DNA from: an uncultured Gammaproteobacteria bacterium
GTDB lineage: Bacteria > Pseudomonadota > Gammaproteobacteria > CAZDOC01
Length of the DNA: 64,000 nucleotides
NCBI GenBank assembly: GCA_964506945.1
Contig: CAZDOC010000009.1
Coordinates: 3,048-67,047 of the forward strand
Reading direction: 5' to 3'
Shown one piece after another: positions 27,062 to 39,511 of this stretch (the first letter of the stretch is position 1; each line of letters begins with the position of its first letter). The notes under the pieces are model-generated. The model worked only from the letters and a program-made list of their open reading frames with translations. It had not been told where the DNA came from and did no database searches. Position numbers and translations under genes: made by a program.

Positions 27062-28125
27062 CAGGCGTCCGGCGCAAGGGGCAGGGTCAGGCTGACGTGG
27101 AAGCGATCCCTTTCCGGATCGGGTCGCAGGAGCAGGCGCGCGCGGTCGCCATACTGGGCCTGCAGCCGCTCACGGATGTTGTCGACGGCGATGCGATTGC
27201 CACTCTGGTGATGATGCCCGGCCGCGGCCAGGGGGTTGTCGATATGGATCTCGACGAGACCCTCGCCGCGGCTGCCGGATATCCGGATCTCGCCGCCCGC
27301 GGGGTTTGGCTCGATACCGTGATAGATGGCATTCTCGATCAGGGGTTGCAGGCTCAGGGAAGGCACGGGCAGGGACGCCGGCAGTTGCGCCATATCCCAT
27401 TCGACCCGCAGGCGATCGCCCAGGCGCAGAGCCTCGATACGCAGGTAGCGCCGGCACAGCTCCAGCTCGCTGCGCAGCGGTACCAGGGTGTCGGCGTCGG
27501 CCAGGCTGGCCCGGAACAGGTCCGCCAGATCCTCGACCGCCGCTTCGGCCAGGGCCGGCTGGCTGCGGGTCAGGCTGGCGATGGTATTCATGCAGTTGAA
27601 CAGGAAGTGAGGGCGGATGCGCGCCTGCAGGGCCTGTATGCGGGCGCGGGACTCGGCCTGAACCTGTTGCCGCCAGTGATACTGGACGTAGAAATAGCGC
27701 AGGGCCAGGGCCGCCACGATGGCGCTGATGGCCAGGCTGCGCAACACGAACTGGGTGTGCGTGGCCAGGGACAATGGGTTGTACTGCCCCCCCGGGTGCA
27801 GGATCAGCCAGGCGACCTCGGTCAGCCCCCAGCACAGTAACAGGATGATGGCGTAGCTGAGGCCGAGGGCCGGGGCCTCGGGCAGACGACAGAGCCAGCC
27901 CCGCAACAGGCACAGGACGATGGTGCTGGAGAGCATCAGCCACTGGGTGAAGAGCGAGATCACCGCCAGTTCGTCCAGGTGTGCGAACAGGTTGGGATAG
28001 CTGGCCAGGGTCAGGACGATGGCCAGGATCTCACCCAGCACGACGACCCCGAAGAGCATGCGCACGCCGCAGAAATCGGGGAGAAATTCCTCCTGCCTGT
28101 GTGTACGGGTCACGTCGCCTCCCAA
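27061..28125 (-). CDS. algZ: AlgZ/FimS-type (LytS-like) sensor histidine kinase
   Basis: Multi-TM N-terminus, a His_kinase (LytS-type) region FLFNCMNTIASL, and an HATPase C-terminus. Divergent from argH, as in Pseudomonas. Confidence 0.8.
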   Translation of the reverse strand: MGGDVTRTHRQEEFLPDFCGVRMLFGVVVLGEILAIVLTLASYPNLFAHLDELAVISLFTQWLMLSSTIVLCLLRGWLCRLPEAPALGLSYAIILLLCWGLTEVAWLILHPGGQYNPLSLATHTQFVLRSLAISAIVAALALRYFYVQYHWRQQVQAESRARIQALQARIRPHFLFNCMNTIASLTRSQPALAEAAVEDLADLFRASLADADTLVPLRSELELCRRYLRIEALRLGDRLRVEWDMAQLPASLPVPSLSLQPLIENAIYHGIEPNPAGGEIRISGSRGEGLVEIHIDNPLAAAGHHHQSGNRIAVDNIRERLQAQYGDRARLLLRPDPERDRFHVSLTLPLAPDA

Positions 28126-28184
28126 TGCCGCTGACGATTCGGGTTATACTGTAACGAGTCTATCCCGCAACCACTTTAATTCCT

Positions 28185-29582
28185 ATGTCAGATTCAGCAA
28201 CACCAACGGTCAAGCCCTGGGGCGGCCGCTTCGATGAGCCCACGGACGCCTTCGTCGAGGAGTTCACCGCCTCGGTCGGCTTCGATCGCCGACTGTACCG
28301 GCACGACATCCAGGGATCGATCGCCCATGCGCGCATGCTGGCGCATGTCGGGGTTCTCAGCGAGCAGGAATGCGCCCTCATCGTCGGCGGGCTGGAGCGC
28401 ATAGCCGGCGATATCGAGGCGGGACGTTTCGAGTGGTCCACGGCCCTGGAAGACGTGCATATGAACATCGAGGCGCGCCTGGTCGCGGCCATAGGCGATG
28501 TCGGCAAGAAGTTGCATACCGGGCGATCACGCAACGATCAGGTGGCCACGGACATCCGCCTCTATCTGCGCGAGGAGATCGATGCGATCCAGGCCGAGCT
28601 GGAGCGTCTGATGCAGGCCCTGCTGGGGATTGCGGAAGGCGAGGCCGACACCGTCATGCCCGGTTTCACCCATCTGCAGGCGGCCCAGCCGATCAGCTTC
28701 GGTCATCACATGCTGGCCTGGTTCGAGATGTTGTTCCGGGATCGCCAGCGCCTGGCCGACTGCCGCCGCCGGGTCAACGTCTTGCCACTGGGCGCGGCCG
28801 CGCTGGCCGGTACCAGTTACCCCATCGACCGGGCCTATACGGCGGAACTGCTGGGCTTCGAGGCCATTGCCGAGAATTCACTGGATGCGGTCAGCGATCG
28901 GGATTTCGCCATCGAGTTCAATGCCGCGGGCGCACTCATCATGATGCATCTGTCGCGTTTCTCCGAGGAACTGGTGTTGTGGTCCTCGCAACAGTTCGGT
29001 TTCATCGACATCAGTGACGCCTTCTGCACCGGCTCATCGATCATGCCGCAGAAGAAGAACCCGGACGTGCCCGAGCTGATCCGCGGCAAGAGTGGCCGTG
29101 TCTATGGTCATCTGATGTCATTGCTGACCCTGATGAAGGCGCAGCCGCTGGCCTATAACAAGGACAACCAGGAAGACAAGGAGCCCCTGTTCGATACCAT
29201 CGACACCCTGCGCGACTCCCTGCGCGCCTATGCCGACATGATGCCGCACGTGCGGATCAGGCGTGCGCGTCTGCGCGAGGCCACCCTGGCCGGTTTCACC
29301 ACGGCCACCGATCTGGCCGACTACCTGGTGCGCCGGGGCGTCCCCTTCCGCGATGCCCATGAGGTCGTCGGTCAGGCGGTGCGCCATGCCCTGGACAAGG
29401 GCGTGGACCTGGCCCAGTTGTCACTGCGGGAGCTGGCGCGGTTTTCCCCCGCGATCCAGGATGATGTCTTCGCGGTCCTGACCCTGGAGGGCTCGCTGGC
29501 GGCTCGCGATCATTTTGGAGGTACGGCCCCCGTGCAGGTGAGGGCCGCGGTCGCACGGGCCCGCGAGCGCCTGGCCGGGTAA
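28185..29582 (+). CDS. argH: argininosuccinate lyase
   Basis: 465 aa with a fumarate-lyase-family signature. N-terminus [18 protein letters not shown]. Confidence 0.9.
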   Translation: MSDSATPTVKPWGGRFDEPTDAFVEEFTASVGFDRRLYRHDIQGSIAHARMLAHVGVLSEQECALIVGGLERIAGDIEAGRFEWSTALEDVHMNIEARLVAAIGDVGKKLHTGRSRNDQVATDIRLYLREEIDAIQAELERLMQALLGIAEGEADTVMPGFTHLQAAQPISFGHHMLAWFEMLFRDRQRLADCRRRVNVLPLGAAALAGTSYPIDRAYTAELLGFEAIAENSLDAVSDRDFAIEFNAAGALIMMHLSRFSEELVLWSSQQFGFIDISDAFCTGSSIMPQKKNPDVPELIRGKSGRVYGHLMSLLTLMKAQPLAYNKDNQEDKEPLFDTIDTLRDSLRAYADMMPHVRIRRARLREATLAGFTTATDLADYLVRRGVPFRDAHEVVGQAVRHALDKGVDLAQLSLRELARFSPAIQDDVFAVLTLEGSLAARDHFGGTAPVQVRAAVARARERLAG

Positions 29583-29585
29583 GGC

Positions 29586-29936
29586 ATGGACAGCCTGGAA
29601 GAATTGCGTCAGCGTCTGGCCGCCTTTGCCGCGGAGCGGGACTGGGAGCAGTTCCATTCCCCCAAGAATCTGTCCATGGCGCTGATCGCCGAGGCTGCCG
29701 AGCTGGTGGAACATTTCCAGTGGCTCAGTGAGGAACAATCGCGTTCTCTGGGCGAGCGGAAGCTTCAGGAGGTGGGTGAGGAACTGGCCGATATCCTGAT
29801 CTATCTGGTGCGGATCGCCGATCGTCTGGGCATCGAGCTGATCCAGGCCGCCGATCGCAAGATTGCCATCAATGCCGAGCGTTACCCGGTGGCGCGGGTA
29901 CGGGGCGACGCGCGGCGGGCCGCTGAATACGATTGA
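29586..29936 (+). CDS. MazG-like nucleotide pyrophosphohydrolase (small single-domain)
   Basis: 116 aa. EAAELVEHFQW...EELADILIY matches MazG-domain EExxE/D motifs. Confidence 0.7.
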   Translation: MDSLEELRQRLAAFAAERDWEQFHSPKNLSMALIAEAAELVEHFQWLSEEQSRSLGERKLQEVGEELADILIYLVRIADRLGIELIQAADRKIAINAERYPVARVRGDARRAAEYD

Positions 29937-29996
29937 GCCGTGCCGGTGGACCGACCTATACTGGACGGACTGGGTCAACTGACGGAAGGACGGATT

Positions 29997-32444
29997 ATGA
30001 AAAAGGCATTCAAATTTCTGGCAATCCTGACGGCTGTCGTGGTCGTGGTGTTGATCGCGGCGGCGGTGGCGGTACCGATGTATTTCAATCCCAACGATCA
30101 CAAGGACGAGATCGTCGCCATGGTCAAGAAGGAGACCGGTCGGGACCTGAAGCTGGACGGTGATATCAAGCTCAGCGTCTTTCCCTGGCTGGGTGTGCAG
30201 ACGGGCGCGGTGAGCCTGGGAAATGCCCCCGGTTTCGGCACCCAGCCCTTCGCCTCGACCCAGGCGGTGAATATACGGGTGCAACTGTTGCCGCTGCTGC
30301 GCAAGAAGGTGGAGATGGACACCATCACCGTGGATGGCCTGCGTCTGAATCTGGCCAGGGACAAGCATGGCAAGGCCAACTGGGACGATCTGCTGGCCGC
30401 CGGCAGCGCGAACCGGGGAGGCAAAAAGACGGGTGGCAGCCCGATACAGCTGGCCTCCCTGGCGCTGGGCGGGGTGGATATCCGCGATGCCAGCCTGAGC
30501 TGGAGGGATGCCGCCAGGGGTGAGTTCTACCAGCTCGCCGGTCTCAACGTGCATACCGGCGCGGTGAAGGCCAATCAGCCGATCGAGCTGGCCATTTCCT
30601 TCGATGTCGAGACCACGAAGCCCTCGCCGATGAAGGGCAAGGTGGCCTTGCAGGGCAAGCTGGGTTATGACCTGGACAGCCAGCGTTACACGGTGATGCC
30701 GTTGCGGTTCAAGGCCAGCATGCAGGGCCAGGCCATCCCTGGCGGCAGCGCCGACATCGACTTGAAGGCCAATGTCGAGGCCGATCTGAAGGCCCAGACC
30801 GCGACGCTCTCCGACCTGGCGCTGAACGCCATGGGCGCCGAGGTACAGGGCAAGCTCAAGGTCGGCAAGATCCTCGGCAAGGCGCCGGTGCTCAACGGCC
30901 ATGTGCGCTTGCAGGCCACCGACCTGGACAAACTGCTGGGCGCGGCGGGGCAGGGCGCGCTGGCGCAGACCCTGAAGGCGCTGCAGGGTGATATCGGCAT
31001 TCAGGGCACGGCCCGCAAGCTCACACTGCAACCCCTGACCCTGCAGGCCACGGTTACGGGCAAGGGCGTGCCGAAACCGGTGAATGTCAGTCTCGCCAGC
31101 CGTGCCGATGTCGATCTGGACCGGCAGACCCTGCTGCTGAGCGGTCTGAGTGTCAGCGGCCTGGGCATGGATATCAAGGGGGGGATCAGCGCCGCCGGCA
31201 TACTGGGTCGGAAACCGAGCTTCAAGGGCAAGCTCAAGGTGGCGCCGTTCAACCTGCGCGAGCTGATGCGGAGCCTGGGCCGGAAGCCGCCGTTGACCGC
31301 CGATCCCAAGGTCCTGGGCAAGGTGGCGCTGGACACCAGTTTCAGTGGCTCGACCTCGGCCATCAAGATCACGGATCTGGCCCTGCAACTGGACGACACC
31401 CACCTGAAGGGCATCGTCGCGGTCAAGGATTTCAACAACCCGGCGATAGACTTCAAGCTTGGCGTGGACGCCATCGATGCGGACCGTTACCTGCCACCCC
31501 GGGCCAGGGCCGGTACGGCGAAAAAAGGCCCTGCGCCGGCGCCGGCAACGCCGGAGACGGCCGCCGGAGCCGCCGCCACCCTGCCCCTGGATACCCTGCG
31601 GGCACTCAAGGTCAAGGGCGAGGCCCGCATCGGCAGGATGAAGATCTCCAACCTGAAGTTGAAGAATATCAAGCTGAAGATCGACGCCCGTGACGGGAAT
31701 ATCAAGCTGGCGCCGTTGAGCGCCGATCTGTACCGGGGTCGGTACAAGGGCAGTATCGGCCTCGACGCGCGGGGCAAGGTCGCCAGGCTGAGCCTGGACG
31801 AGGCCCTCACCGGGATCGAGATCGAACCCCTGCTGCAGGACCTCACCGGCAAGGCGCGCCTGCGCGGCAATGGTGACTTTCACGCCAGGCTGACCACCCA
31901 GGGGGCGACCCCCGAGGCCATGAAGGCCGCCCTCAACGGACGCATGGGTTTCGTGTTTCGCAACGGCGCGGTCAAGGGTTTCAACATCGGCAAGATGATG
32001 CGCAGCCTGGACAGCTTCAAGAAGACCGGCAGTTTCAAGGTCGCGCAGCAGGAGGAGACCGATTTTACCGAGATGACCGGCAACCCGGTGGTCAAAAACG
32101 GGGTCATCACCATGAACGATCTGGCGGCCAAGAGTCCGGCCATACGCATACGCGGCAAGGGCATGCTGGCCAACCTCCCCAGCAACACCATAAACTACCT
32201 GGTCGAGGCCACGGTCACGGACACCTCGCGCGGCCAGGGCGGCAAGGACCTGGCGCGGCTCAGTGGCGTGACGGTGCCGGTCAAGATCCACGGCAGCCTG
32301 GATCAGCCCAGTATCTCTCCGGACATCGGTGGCCTGGTGCTGAAGCGGGCGCAGAAGGCGGTGACCAGGAAGATCGAGAAACAGCTGGGCGACAAGCTCA
32401 AGGGCAAGCTCGGCGGTCAGCTGAAAAAATTGCTGAAGTTCTGA
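29997..32444 (+). CDS. asmA: AsmA family outer-membrane assembly protein
   Basis: N-terminal TM anchor followed by a long beta-rich AsmA domain. Start at ATG 29997. Confidence 0.8.
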   Translation: MKKAFKFLAILTAVVVVVLIAAAVAVPMYFNPNDHKDEIVAMVKKETGRDLKLDGDIKLSVFPWLGVQTGAVSLGNAPGFGTQPFASTQAVNIRVQLLPLLRKKVEMDTITVDGLRLNLARDKHGKANWDDLLAAGSANRGGKKTGGSPIQLASLALGGVDIRDASLSWRDAARGEFYQLAGLNVHTGAVKANQPIELAISFDVETTKPSPMKGKVALQGKLGYDLDSQRYTVMPLRFKASMQGQAIPGGSADIDLKANVEADLKAQTATLSDLALNAMGAEVQGKLKVGKILGKAPVLNGHVRLQATDLDKLLGAAGQGALAQTLKALQGDIGIQGTARKLTLQPLTLQATVTGKGVPKPVNVSLASRADVDLDRQTLLLSGLSVSGLGMDIKGGISAAGILGRKPSFKGKLKVAPFNLRELMRSLGRKPPLTADPKVLGKVALDTSFSGSTSAIKITDLALQLDDTHLKGIVAVKDFNNPAIDFKLGVDAIDADRYLPPRARAGTAKKGPAPAPATPETAAGAAATLPLDTLRALKVKGEARIGRMKISNLKLKNIKLKIDARDGNIKLAPLSADLYRGRYKGSIGLDARGKVARLSLDEALTGIEIEPLLQDLTGKARLRGNGDFHARLTTQGATPEAMKAALNGRMGFVFRNGAVKGFNIGKMMRSLDSFKKTGSFKVAQQEETDFTEMTGNPVVKNGVITMNDLAAKSPAIRIRGKGMLANLPSNTINYLVEATVTDTSRGQGGKDLARLSGVTVPVKIHGSLDQPSISPDIGGLVLKRAQKAVTRKIEKQLGDKLKGKLGGQLKKLLKF

Positions 32445-33527
32445 GTGCCCGTCGCGGCGCCACACAGACAGGCCTTCGCTGGGGACCTGCTGGCCTGGTA
32501 CCGGCGTCACGGGCGCCATGACCTGCCCTGGCAACGCCAGCCGACAGCCTATCGGGTCTGGATCTCGGAGATCATGCTGCAACAGACCCAGGTCGCCACC
32601 GTCATTCCCTATTTCCAGCGTTTCATGCAACGCTTCCCCGATCTGGAATCGCTGGCGAAGGCCTCCATCGATGAAGTCCTGCACCTCTGGAGTGGCCTCG
32701 GTTACTATGCCAGGGCGCGGCATCTGCACCGGACCGCGGTGATCATCCGTGAACGTCATGGCGCGCGCCTGCCCGGGGATCTCGATGCCCTGCTGGGCCT
32801 GCCGGGGATCGGCCGCTCCACCGCCGGTGCCATCCTGGCGCTGGCCTGCGGGCAGCGCCAGCCCATCCTGGATGGCAATGTCAAGCGCGTGCTGTGCCGC
32901 TGGGCCGCGATCCCGGGCTGGCCGGGCCAGGCGGCGGTGCAGAAACGTCTGTGGGCGCTGGCGGATGCCTTGACCCCGGCGCATCACTGTGCCGAATACA
33001 CCCAGGCCATCATGGATCTCGGCGCCAGCGTCTGCGCCCGTGGCCGGCCCGTGTGCGGGCACTGTCCCGTCGTCACGAGCTGCAGGGCGCACGCCCAGGG
33101 CCGGCAGGCAGACTATCCGCAGCCGAAACCGCGCCGGGGTCTGCCGCTGCGGCGGACCCGGCTGGCGCTGATCCGGAACGGGCGAGGTTCGGTGCTGCTG
33201 GAACAACGTCCCCCCAGCGGTCTCTGGGGGGGGCTGTGGAGCCTGCCGGAGTGTCCCGACGGGGCCGAGCCGGCGGCGTGGTGCCGGGATTACACCGGCA
33301 TGCTGCCGGCCCGGGTCGGTACCGGGACGGTATTCCGGCACAGATTCACGCATTTTCACCTGGATATCACCCCCTTGTTGCTGGAGCTCGATGTCGACAG
33401 CGGAGCGCTGACGGCGCCGGGTGTCATGGATGTGCCCGCGAGGGTCTGGTATAACAGCGCCACCGGACCGCCGCTGGGACTGCCGGCGCCGGTCAGCCGA
33501 TTGTTGCAGGAATCCCCCATGGAGTAG
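32445..33527 (+). CDS. mutY: A/G-specific adenine DNA glycosylase MutY
   Basis: HhH-GPD motif plus a 4Fe-4S cluster loop (CxxxxxxCxxCxxxxxC) and a NUDIX-like C-terminus. GTG start just after the asmA stop. Confidence 0.85.
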   Translation: MPVAAPHRQAFAGDLLAWYRRHGRHDLPWQRQPTAYRVWISEIMLQQTQVATVIPYFQRFMQRFPDLESLAKASIDEVLHLWSGLGYYARARHLHRTAVIIRERHGARLPGDLDALLGLPGIGRSTAGAILALACGQRQPILDGNVKRVLCRWAAIPGWPGQAAVQKRLWALADALTPAHHCAEYTQAIMDLGASVCARGRPVCGHCPVVTSCRAHAQGRQADYPQPKPRRGLPLRRTRLALIRNGRGSVLLEQRPPSGLWGGLWSLPECPDGAEPAAWCRDYTGMLPARVGTGTVFRHRFTHFHLDITPLLLELDVDSGALTAPGVMDVPARVWYNSATGPPLGLPAPVSRLLQESPME

Positions 33528-33531
33528 CCGT

Positions 33532-33804
33532 ATGACGAGAATGGTGCATTGTATAAAACTGGGCCGGGAGGCCGAGGGCCTGAAGATGCCGCCCTATCCT
33601 GGTGATCTGGGCAAGCGTATCTTCGAACAGGTCTCGCAGCAGGCCTGGCAGGACTGGCTGCGGCATCAGACCATGCTGATCAACGAATACCGCCTGACCC
33701 CGGTGGAGCCGAAGGCGCGCCAATTCCTGGAAACCGAAATGGAAAAGTTTTTCTTCGGCGAGGGTTCCGAGGCGCCCTCGGAATATGTGCCGCCAGGGGC
33801 GTGA
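33532..33804 (+). CDS. yggX: Fe(II)-trafficking / oxidative-damage protection protein YggX
   Basis: 90 aa, [17 protein letters not shown]... Conserved mutY-yggX pairing. Confidence 0.85.
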   Translation: MTRMVHCIKLGREAEGLKMPPYPGDLGKRIFEQVSQQAWQDWLRHQTMLINEYRLTPVEPKARQFLETEMEKFFFGEGSEAPSEYVPPGA

Positions 33805-33816
33805 GGCAGGCCTGGA

Positions 33817-35202
33817 TCAGCGTTTCTTGACGTATTTGATCAGTCGCTGCTTGCGTTTCACCTGGCGCTGGGTGAGGGTGTTGCGGCGCCCGGCATAGGG
33901 ATTCTTGCCGGTGCGGGTCTCGATGCGCACCGGTGTGCCTTCCAGTTTCAGGGCGCCGCGAAAGGTCTTGGCGAGGTAACGCCGGTAGCCTTCCGGCAGC
34001 GAGGCGGTCTGGTTGCCGTGGATGACGATGGTCGGCGGGTTGTGACCGCCGAGGTGGGCATAGCGCAGTTTGATGCGGCGGCCACGCACCATGGAGGGCG
34101 GGTGGGCGCTGACCGCATCCTCCAGGATCTGGGTCAGGCGCGCGGTGTTGACCTCCACGAAGGCCGAGCGGTGGGCCCGGTGTATGGATCCGAACAGTTT
34201 GCCCACGCCACTGCCGTGCAGCGCGGAGATGAAATGGATGCGGGCAAAATCGATGAAGCGCAGCTTGCGCTCCAGATCCGATCTGACCCGCTCGCGCTGG
34301 TAGTTATCCAGCCCGTCCCACTTGTTGACCGCGATCACCAGGCCCCGGCCACTGTCCAGGGCCATGCCCAGCAGGCCGGCATCCTGATCGGTCACGCCTT
34401 CACTGGCATCGATCACCAGGATCGCCACATGGGCGCTGTCCAGGGCCTGGAGGGTCTTGATCACGCTGAACTTCTCCACCGCCTCGCCAATACGCCCGCG
34501 GCGGCGGACCCCGGCGGTGTCGATCAGGACGTAGTCCCGGCCTTCCCGCTGAAACGGGATCTCGATACTGTCGCGGGTGGTGCCGGCCTGATCGAAGGTC
34601 AGCACGCGCTCCTCGCCGAGCATGCGGTTGACCAGGGTGGACTTGCCGACATTGGGGCGCCCCAGTACGCAGATGCGGATCCCTTGCCGTTGCTCGTCCT
34701 CTGGGGCTTCGTCGGCAGGGAGATCCGCGAGCAGCGGTTCCAGCGCATCGAACACGCCCTGGCCGTGAGTCGCGGAGATCGCCCGGGGCATGCCCAGGCC
34801 CAGGGCATGGAATTCCGCGCTGACAGCGTCCTCATCCAGCCCCTCGCTCTTGTTGACCAGGATCTGTATCGGCTTGCCGAGCTGGCGCAGGCGGATTGCG
34901 ATGGCCTCGTCGGCGGCATTCAGGCCCTTGCGGCCATCGACCAGGAACAGGCAGACATCGGCCTCGAGTGCGGCCTGCATGGCCTGCTGGCTGATGAGTC
35001 CGGAGATGTCGTCATCATCGGCCAGGCCACCGGTATCGATCACCATCACCTCCCGCTCCCCGATAAGGGCATGGCCGTACTGGCGGTCGCGGGTGAGGCC
35101 GGGCTGATCGGCGACGATGGCGTCACGGCTGCGGGTCAGGCGATTGAACAGCGTGGACTTGCCGACATTGGGCCGGCCGAGGATGGCGAATACCGGTTTC
35201 AT
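33817..35202 (-). CDS. der: ribosome-associated GTPase Der (EngA)
   Basis: Two tandem GTPase domains (GRPNVGKST twice) plus a KH-like C-terminus. Confidence 0.9.
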   Translation of the reverse strand: MKPVFAILGRPNVGKSTLFNRLTRSRDAIVADQPGLTRDRQYGHALIGEREVMVIDTGGLADDDDISGLISQQAMQAALEADVCLFLVDGRKGLNAADEAIAIRLRQLGKPIQILVNKSEGLDEDAVSAEFHALGLGMPRAISATHGQGVFDALEPLLADLPADEAPEDEQRQGIRICVLGRPNVGKSTLVNRMLGEERVLTFDQAGTTRDSIEIPFQREGRDYVLIDTAGVRRRGRIGEAVEKFSVIKTLQALDSAHVAILVIDASEGVTDQDAGLLGMALDSGRGLVIAVNKWDGLDNYQRERVRSDLERKLRFIDFARIHFISALHGSGVGKLFGSIHRAHRSAFVEVNTARLTQILEDAVSAHPPSMVRGRRIKLRYAHLGGHNPPTIVIHGNQTASLPEGYRRYLAKTFRGALKLEGTPVRIETRTGKNPYAGRRNTLTQRQVKRKQRLIKYVKKR

Positions 35203-35208
35203 GGGGTC

Positions 35209-36399
35209 TCAGGGTTGCGGGCGCAGGGCCGCCAGGGTACCGCCGGAACCGTAGACCAGCAGGATGTCGCCGACCGCGATCGGCCGGGCGATGATGGCAT
35301 CACTGCCGACCCGGGTGCGCGCGACGAACTGCCCGTCACTGGCCCGCAGCCAGTGGACATAGCCCTCGAAGTCACCCACGGCGACGAGGCCCGCCAGCGG
35401 TGTGGGCGCGCTCAGGCGGCGCCGTAACAGTTTTTCCTGCTTCCAGATGGAGGTGCCGGTGAGGCGTTCAAGGGCCCAGACATTACCCTCGTCATCGCTG
35501 ACATACAGACGTTCGTCATCGATGCCGACACCCGCATCGGAGGAGATGTCGCGGGCCCAGCGCAGGCGGCCGTTGAGCAGGGATACCGAGGCCACCCGGC
35601 CCTGATAGGTGGCGACATAGACCTCGTCGTCGATGATCAGGGGCTCGCTGTCGATGTCGACCATGCGATCCAGATCCGAGCGGCCGTGCGGCACCGCGAC
35701 GGTGGTGCTCCAGGCCAGGCGGCCGGTCTTCAGTTCCAGGGCCATCAGCTTGCCGTTGTCGAAGCCGGCCACGATCAGGCCCTGGGCGATCACCGGCGCA
35801 CTGACGCCACGCAGGCTCAGGGCCGGGACCGGGCTGTCGTAGAACCACAGGCGCTTGCCATCGGCGGCGTTCAGGGCGGTGATGCGTCCGTCACCGGTGC
35901 GGATGATCACCACGTCATCGCTGATCCGGGGGGCGGCCAGGACCTCGCTGCTGACGCGGGCGCGCCAGAGCGCCTTGCCGTTGTCCTCGGCCAGGGCCAC
36001 GACATCGCCATCATTGGTGCCGACCACCACCAGGCCGGAGCCCACGCCGGGACCCCCGCTGATGGGCAGGTCCGTGTCCTTCTCCCAGCGTTGCTTGCCG
36101 CTGGCCAGGGCCACCGCGGTCACCAGGCCTTCGTGGCCGGCGGTATAGACGCTGTCGCCATCGATCACCGGGGTCAGCCTGAGGAACTGTTCATCGGTGC
36201 CGGAGCCGACGTCGATGGACCACAGGGTGTCGATCTTCACGGCGGGCTCGAATTCGACCAGTTCACTGGGGGGCAGGGAATTGTCCTTGCCCTTCATGTA
36301 TTCGGAGATACTCTGGGTGATCTTGTCGGTGGTGCCGCAGGCGCCCAGCAGGAGCATGGCGGGGAGCAGCAGGGCGCCGATCGCCGGCCTCGCACTCAT
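35209..36399 (-). CDS. bamB: outer membrane protein assembly factor BamB
   Basis: Lipobox LLLGACG followed by PQQ-like beta-propeller repeats. Confidence 0.85.
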   Translation of the reverse strand: MSARPAIGALLLPAMLLLGACGTTDKITQSISEYMKGKDNSLPPSELVEFEPAVKIDTLWSIDVGSGTDEQFLRLTPVIDGDSVYTAGHEGLVTAVALASGKQRWEKDTDLPISGGPGVGSGLVVVGTNDGDVVALAEDNGKALWRARVSSEVLAAPRISDDVVIIRTGDGRITALNAADGKRLWFYDSPVPALSLRGVSAPVIAQGLIVAGFDNGKLMALELKTGRLAWSTTVAVPHGRSDLDRMVDIDSEPLIIDDEVYVATYQGRVASVSLLNGRLRWARDISSDAGVGIDDERLYVSDDEGNVWALERLTGTSIWKQEKLLRRRLSAPTPLAGLVAVGDFEGYVHWLRASDGQFVARTRVGSDAIIARPIAVGDILLVYGSGGTLAALRPQP

Positions 36400-37040
36400 G
36401 GCGTGCTACCGGGCTGGCCCAGATCGTCCAGCTTGAGTTGCAGCAGGGCCTGACTGGCGCCGCTGGCGCTGGCCAGGGTCAGGGCCTGCAGATAGCTGTT
36501 GCGGGTCTCTGCGTGACGCTTGAGCGCAAGCAGCACATCACCCCTCAGTTCCAGCCAGCTCATCAGCGTGTCGCCATTGGTGATGCCGTCCAGGCGCTTC
36601 AGCGCGGCCCCGGGCTTGCCGTCGGCGAGCTCGATGCGGGCCAGGCGGATCTGGGCGAAATCGCGCAGTTCCGCCATCGTCCCCTGATCCGCGACGCGCC
36701 GCAGATAGCTCGTGGCCCTGGCGCGGTCGTCTTCCTCCATCGCCAGGCCGGCCAGGGTCAGTGCGGCCAGGTCGGCATAGCCGCTGGCGGGAAAATCGTG
36801 CAGGAGTTTGTCGCCGGAGGCCTTCTCGGCGGCCTTTTTGTGATCGGCGGCATTCGACATCACCTGCTGGTAGGCGATCGAGGCCTGGGTCTCCTTGTTG
36901 GCGGTATAGGTCTGCCAGTAGCGCCATGCGGAGAGGGCGCCGAGGCCGATGATGAGGCCGGTCATGATGGCCTTGCCGTTCTGTTTCCACCATTTCTTGA
37001 TGGCTTCCACCTGTTCTTCTTCAGAGGCGTAAACTTCCAC
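36396..37040 (-). CDS. yfgM: YfgM family membrane-anchored TPR-like protein
   Basis: N-terminal TM anchor and a TPR-like domain. Conserved between hisS and bamB. Confidence 0.75.
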   Translation of the reverse strand: MEVYASEEEQVEAIKKWWKQNGKAIMTGLIIGLGALSAWRYWQTYTANKETQASIAYQQVMSNAADHKKAAEKASGDKLLHDFPASGYADLAALTLAGLAMEEDDRARATSYLRRVADQGTMAELRDFAQIRLARIELADGKPGAALKRLDGITNGDTLMSWLELRGDVLLALKRHAETRNSYLQALTLASASGASQALLQLKLDDLGQPGSTP

Positions 37041-37135
37041 TGGGTTCTCCTGTGGTCTGTTGCATGGGTCCGGGGCGCAACGGGCGAGGCTGCGCGCGAG
37101 GACGGAAAGAGGGCATTATACCCGGCCTGCCCCGC

Positions 37136-38407
<1,272 letters not shown>

Positions 38408-38452
38408 AGGGATCTCCTGCGAGGTTATGCGTGGGCGGCTCGGGCCGGACGG

Positions 38453-39511
38453 CTAACGGTTTTCGACGATATCGTCCGCGCCATTGATGCGCAGGCGGGC
38501 GATCCCCTCTACCGAATAGGGGGCCAGATCCAGCGGGCGTCCGCCCAGGCTGGCCGTGACCCCGCCGGCATTGCCGATCTTGACGGTATAGGGCAGCCTG
38601 CCGGAGACCGCGACGATCTCCCCCGGCTTGCCGAGGTTGTAGTACATGCGCTTGCCGTCGGCGCCGGTGATCTCGATCCAGGCCTTGTCGGCCAGTTGCA
38701 AGCGTAGCTCCGGACCCGTCGCCACCGTGGGTTCGGCGGCTTGCGTGGGGGTGCCTGCGGTTGTGGCCTCGGCGCCCTCGACCGGGGGGGCGCCGGTCCC
38801 GCCGGCGGCATCGGTGCTGGTGTCCGGTTCTTCACTGGTGCGCGCCGCGGAGGCCCCGGGCCGTTGTGGGGCCATGACCGGCGTGGGCGCCATCGCGGGT
38901 GGTTGCTGCGTGGCGCCGTCCCGGTCGGGATAGACCGTCTGTTGGTCCAGGCGGCGGTAGGGCTCCAGCTCGGTGACCGGCGCCTCCGCAATGGACGGCG
39001 ATGGAGGCGTCGGCGGCGTCGGGGTGGCCGCCGGCGCCGGCGGGTTCTCTTGAGCGGATTGCTGCAGACCCAGATCGGACAGGGAGAAGTCCTGACCGGC
39101 GAAGCGTTCCCTGGCCCACAGCAACAGCAGGGCCAGCAGAACAATCCCGACCAGCCAGCTGATCGCCTTGATCAGGGTGTCACTGCTCTCCACTTGCTGC
39201 GCCGGGCTGCTGGCATGAGGGAGGATCGGTGGTATGTCATCGGCTTCGATATTATAGGCCGCGATGATGCTGTCGCCGTCCATCTCCAGGAGCCGGGCAT
39301 AGGAGCGCAGGTAGCCACGCGTGTAGGCCGGGGAGGCCAGGCCGGAAAACTGGCCGTTGTCGATGGCGGTGATGATCCTGAGTTCCAGATGCAGGCGGGT
39401 GGCGACCTCCTGCTGGGTCAGCTTGCGTCCCTCGCGGGCCTTGCGCAGCAGGTCGGAAGCCCGGCCACCGGCGTCATCGTCACGCGGGTCGTGAGACCGG
39501 GGATCGCTCAC
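38453..39511 (-). CDS. rodZ: cytoskeleton protein RodZ
   Basis: N-terminal XRE-type HTH, a TM segment, and a Pro/Ala/Thr-rich linker. Confidence 0.8.
   Translation of the reverse strand: MSDPRSHDPRDDDAGGRASDLLRKAREGRKLTQQEVATRLHLELRIITAIDNGQFSGLASPAYTRGYLRSYARLLEMDGDSIIAAYNIEADDIPPILPHASSPAQQVESSDTLIKAISWLVGIVLLALLLLWARERFAGQDFSLSDLGLQQSAQENPPAPAATPTPPTPPSPSIAEAPVTELEPYRRLDQQTVYPDRDGATQQPPAMAPTPVMAPQRPGASAARTSEEPDTSTDAAGGTGAPPVEGAEATTAGTPTQAAEPTVATGPELRLQLADKAWIEITGADGKRMYYNLGKPGEIVAVSGRLPYTVKIGNAGGVTASLGGRPLDLAPYSVEGIARLRINGADDIVENR

Noticed and set aside
29421-33359. 1312-aa - strand ORF
   Set aside because: It is antisense to argH-3', mazG-like, asmA and mutY, all of which have clear family signatures. 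It is a GC-rich shadow ORF.
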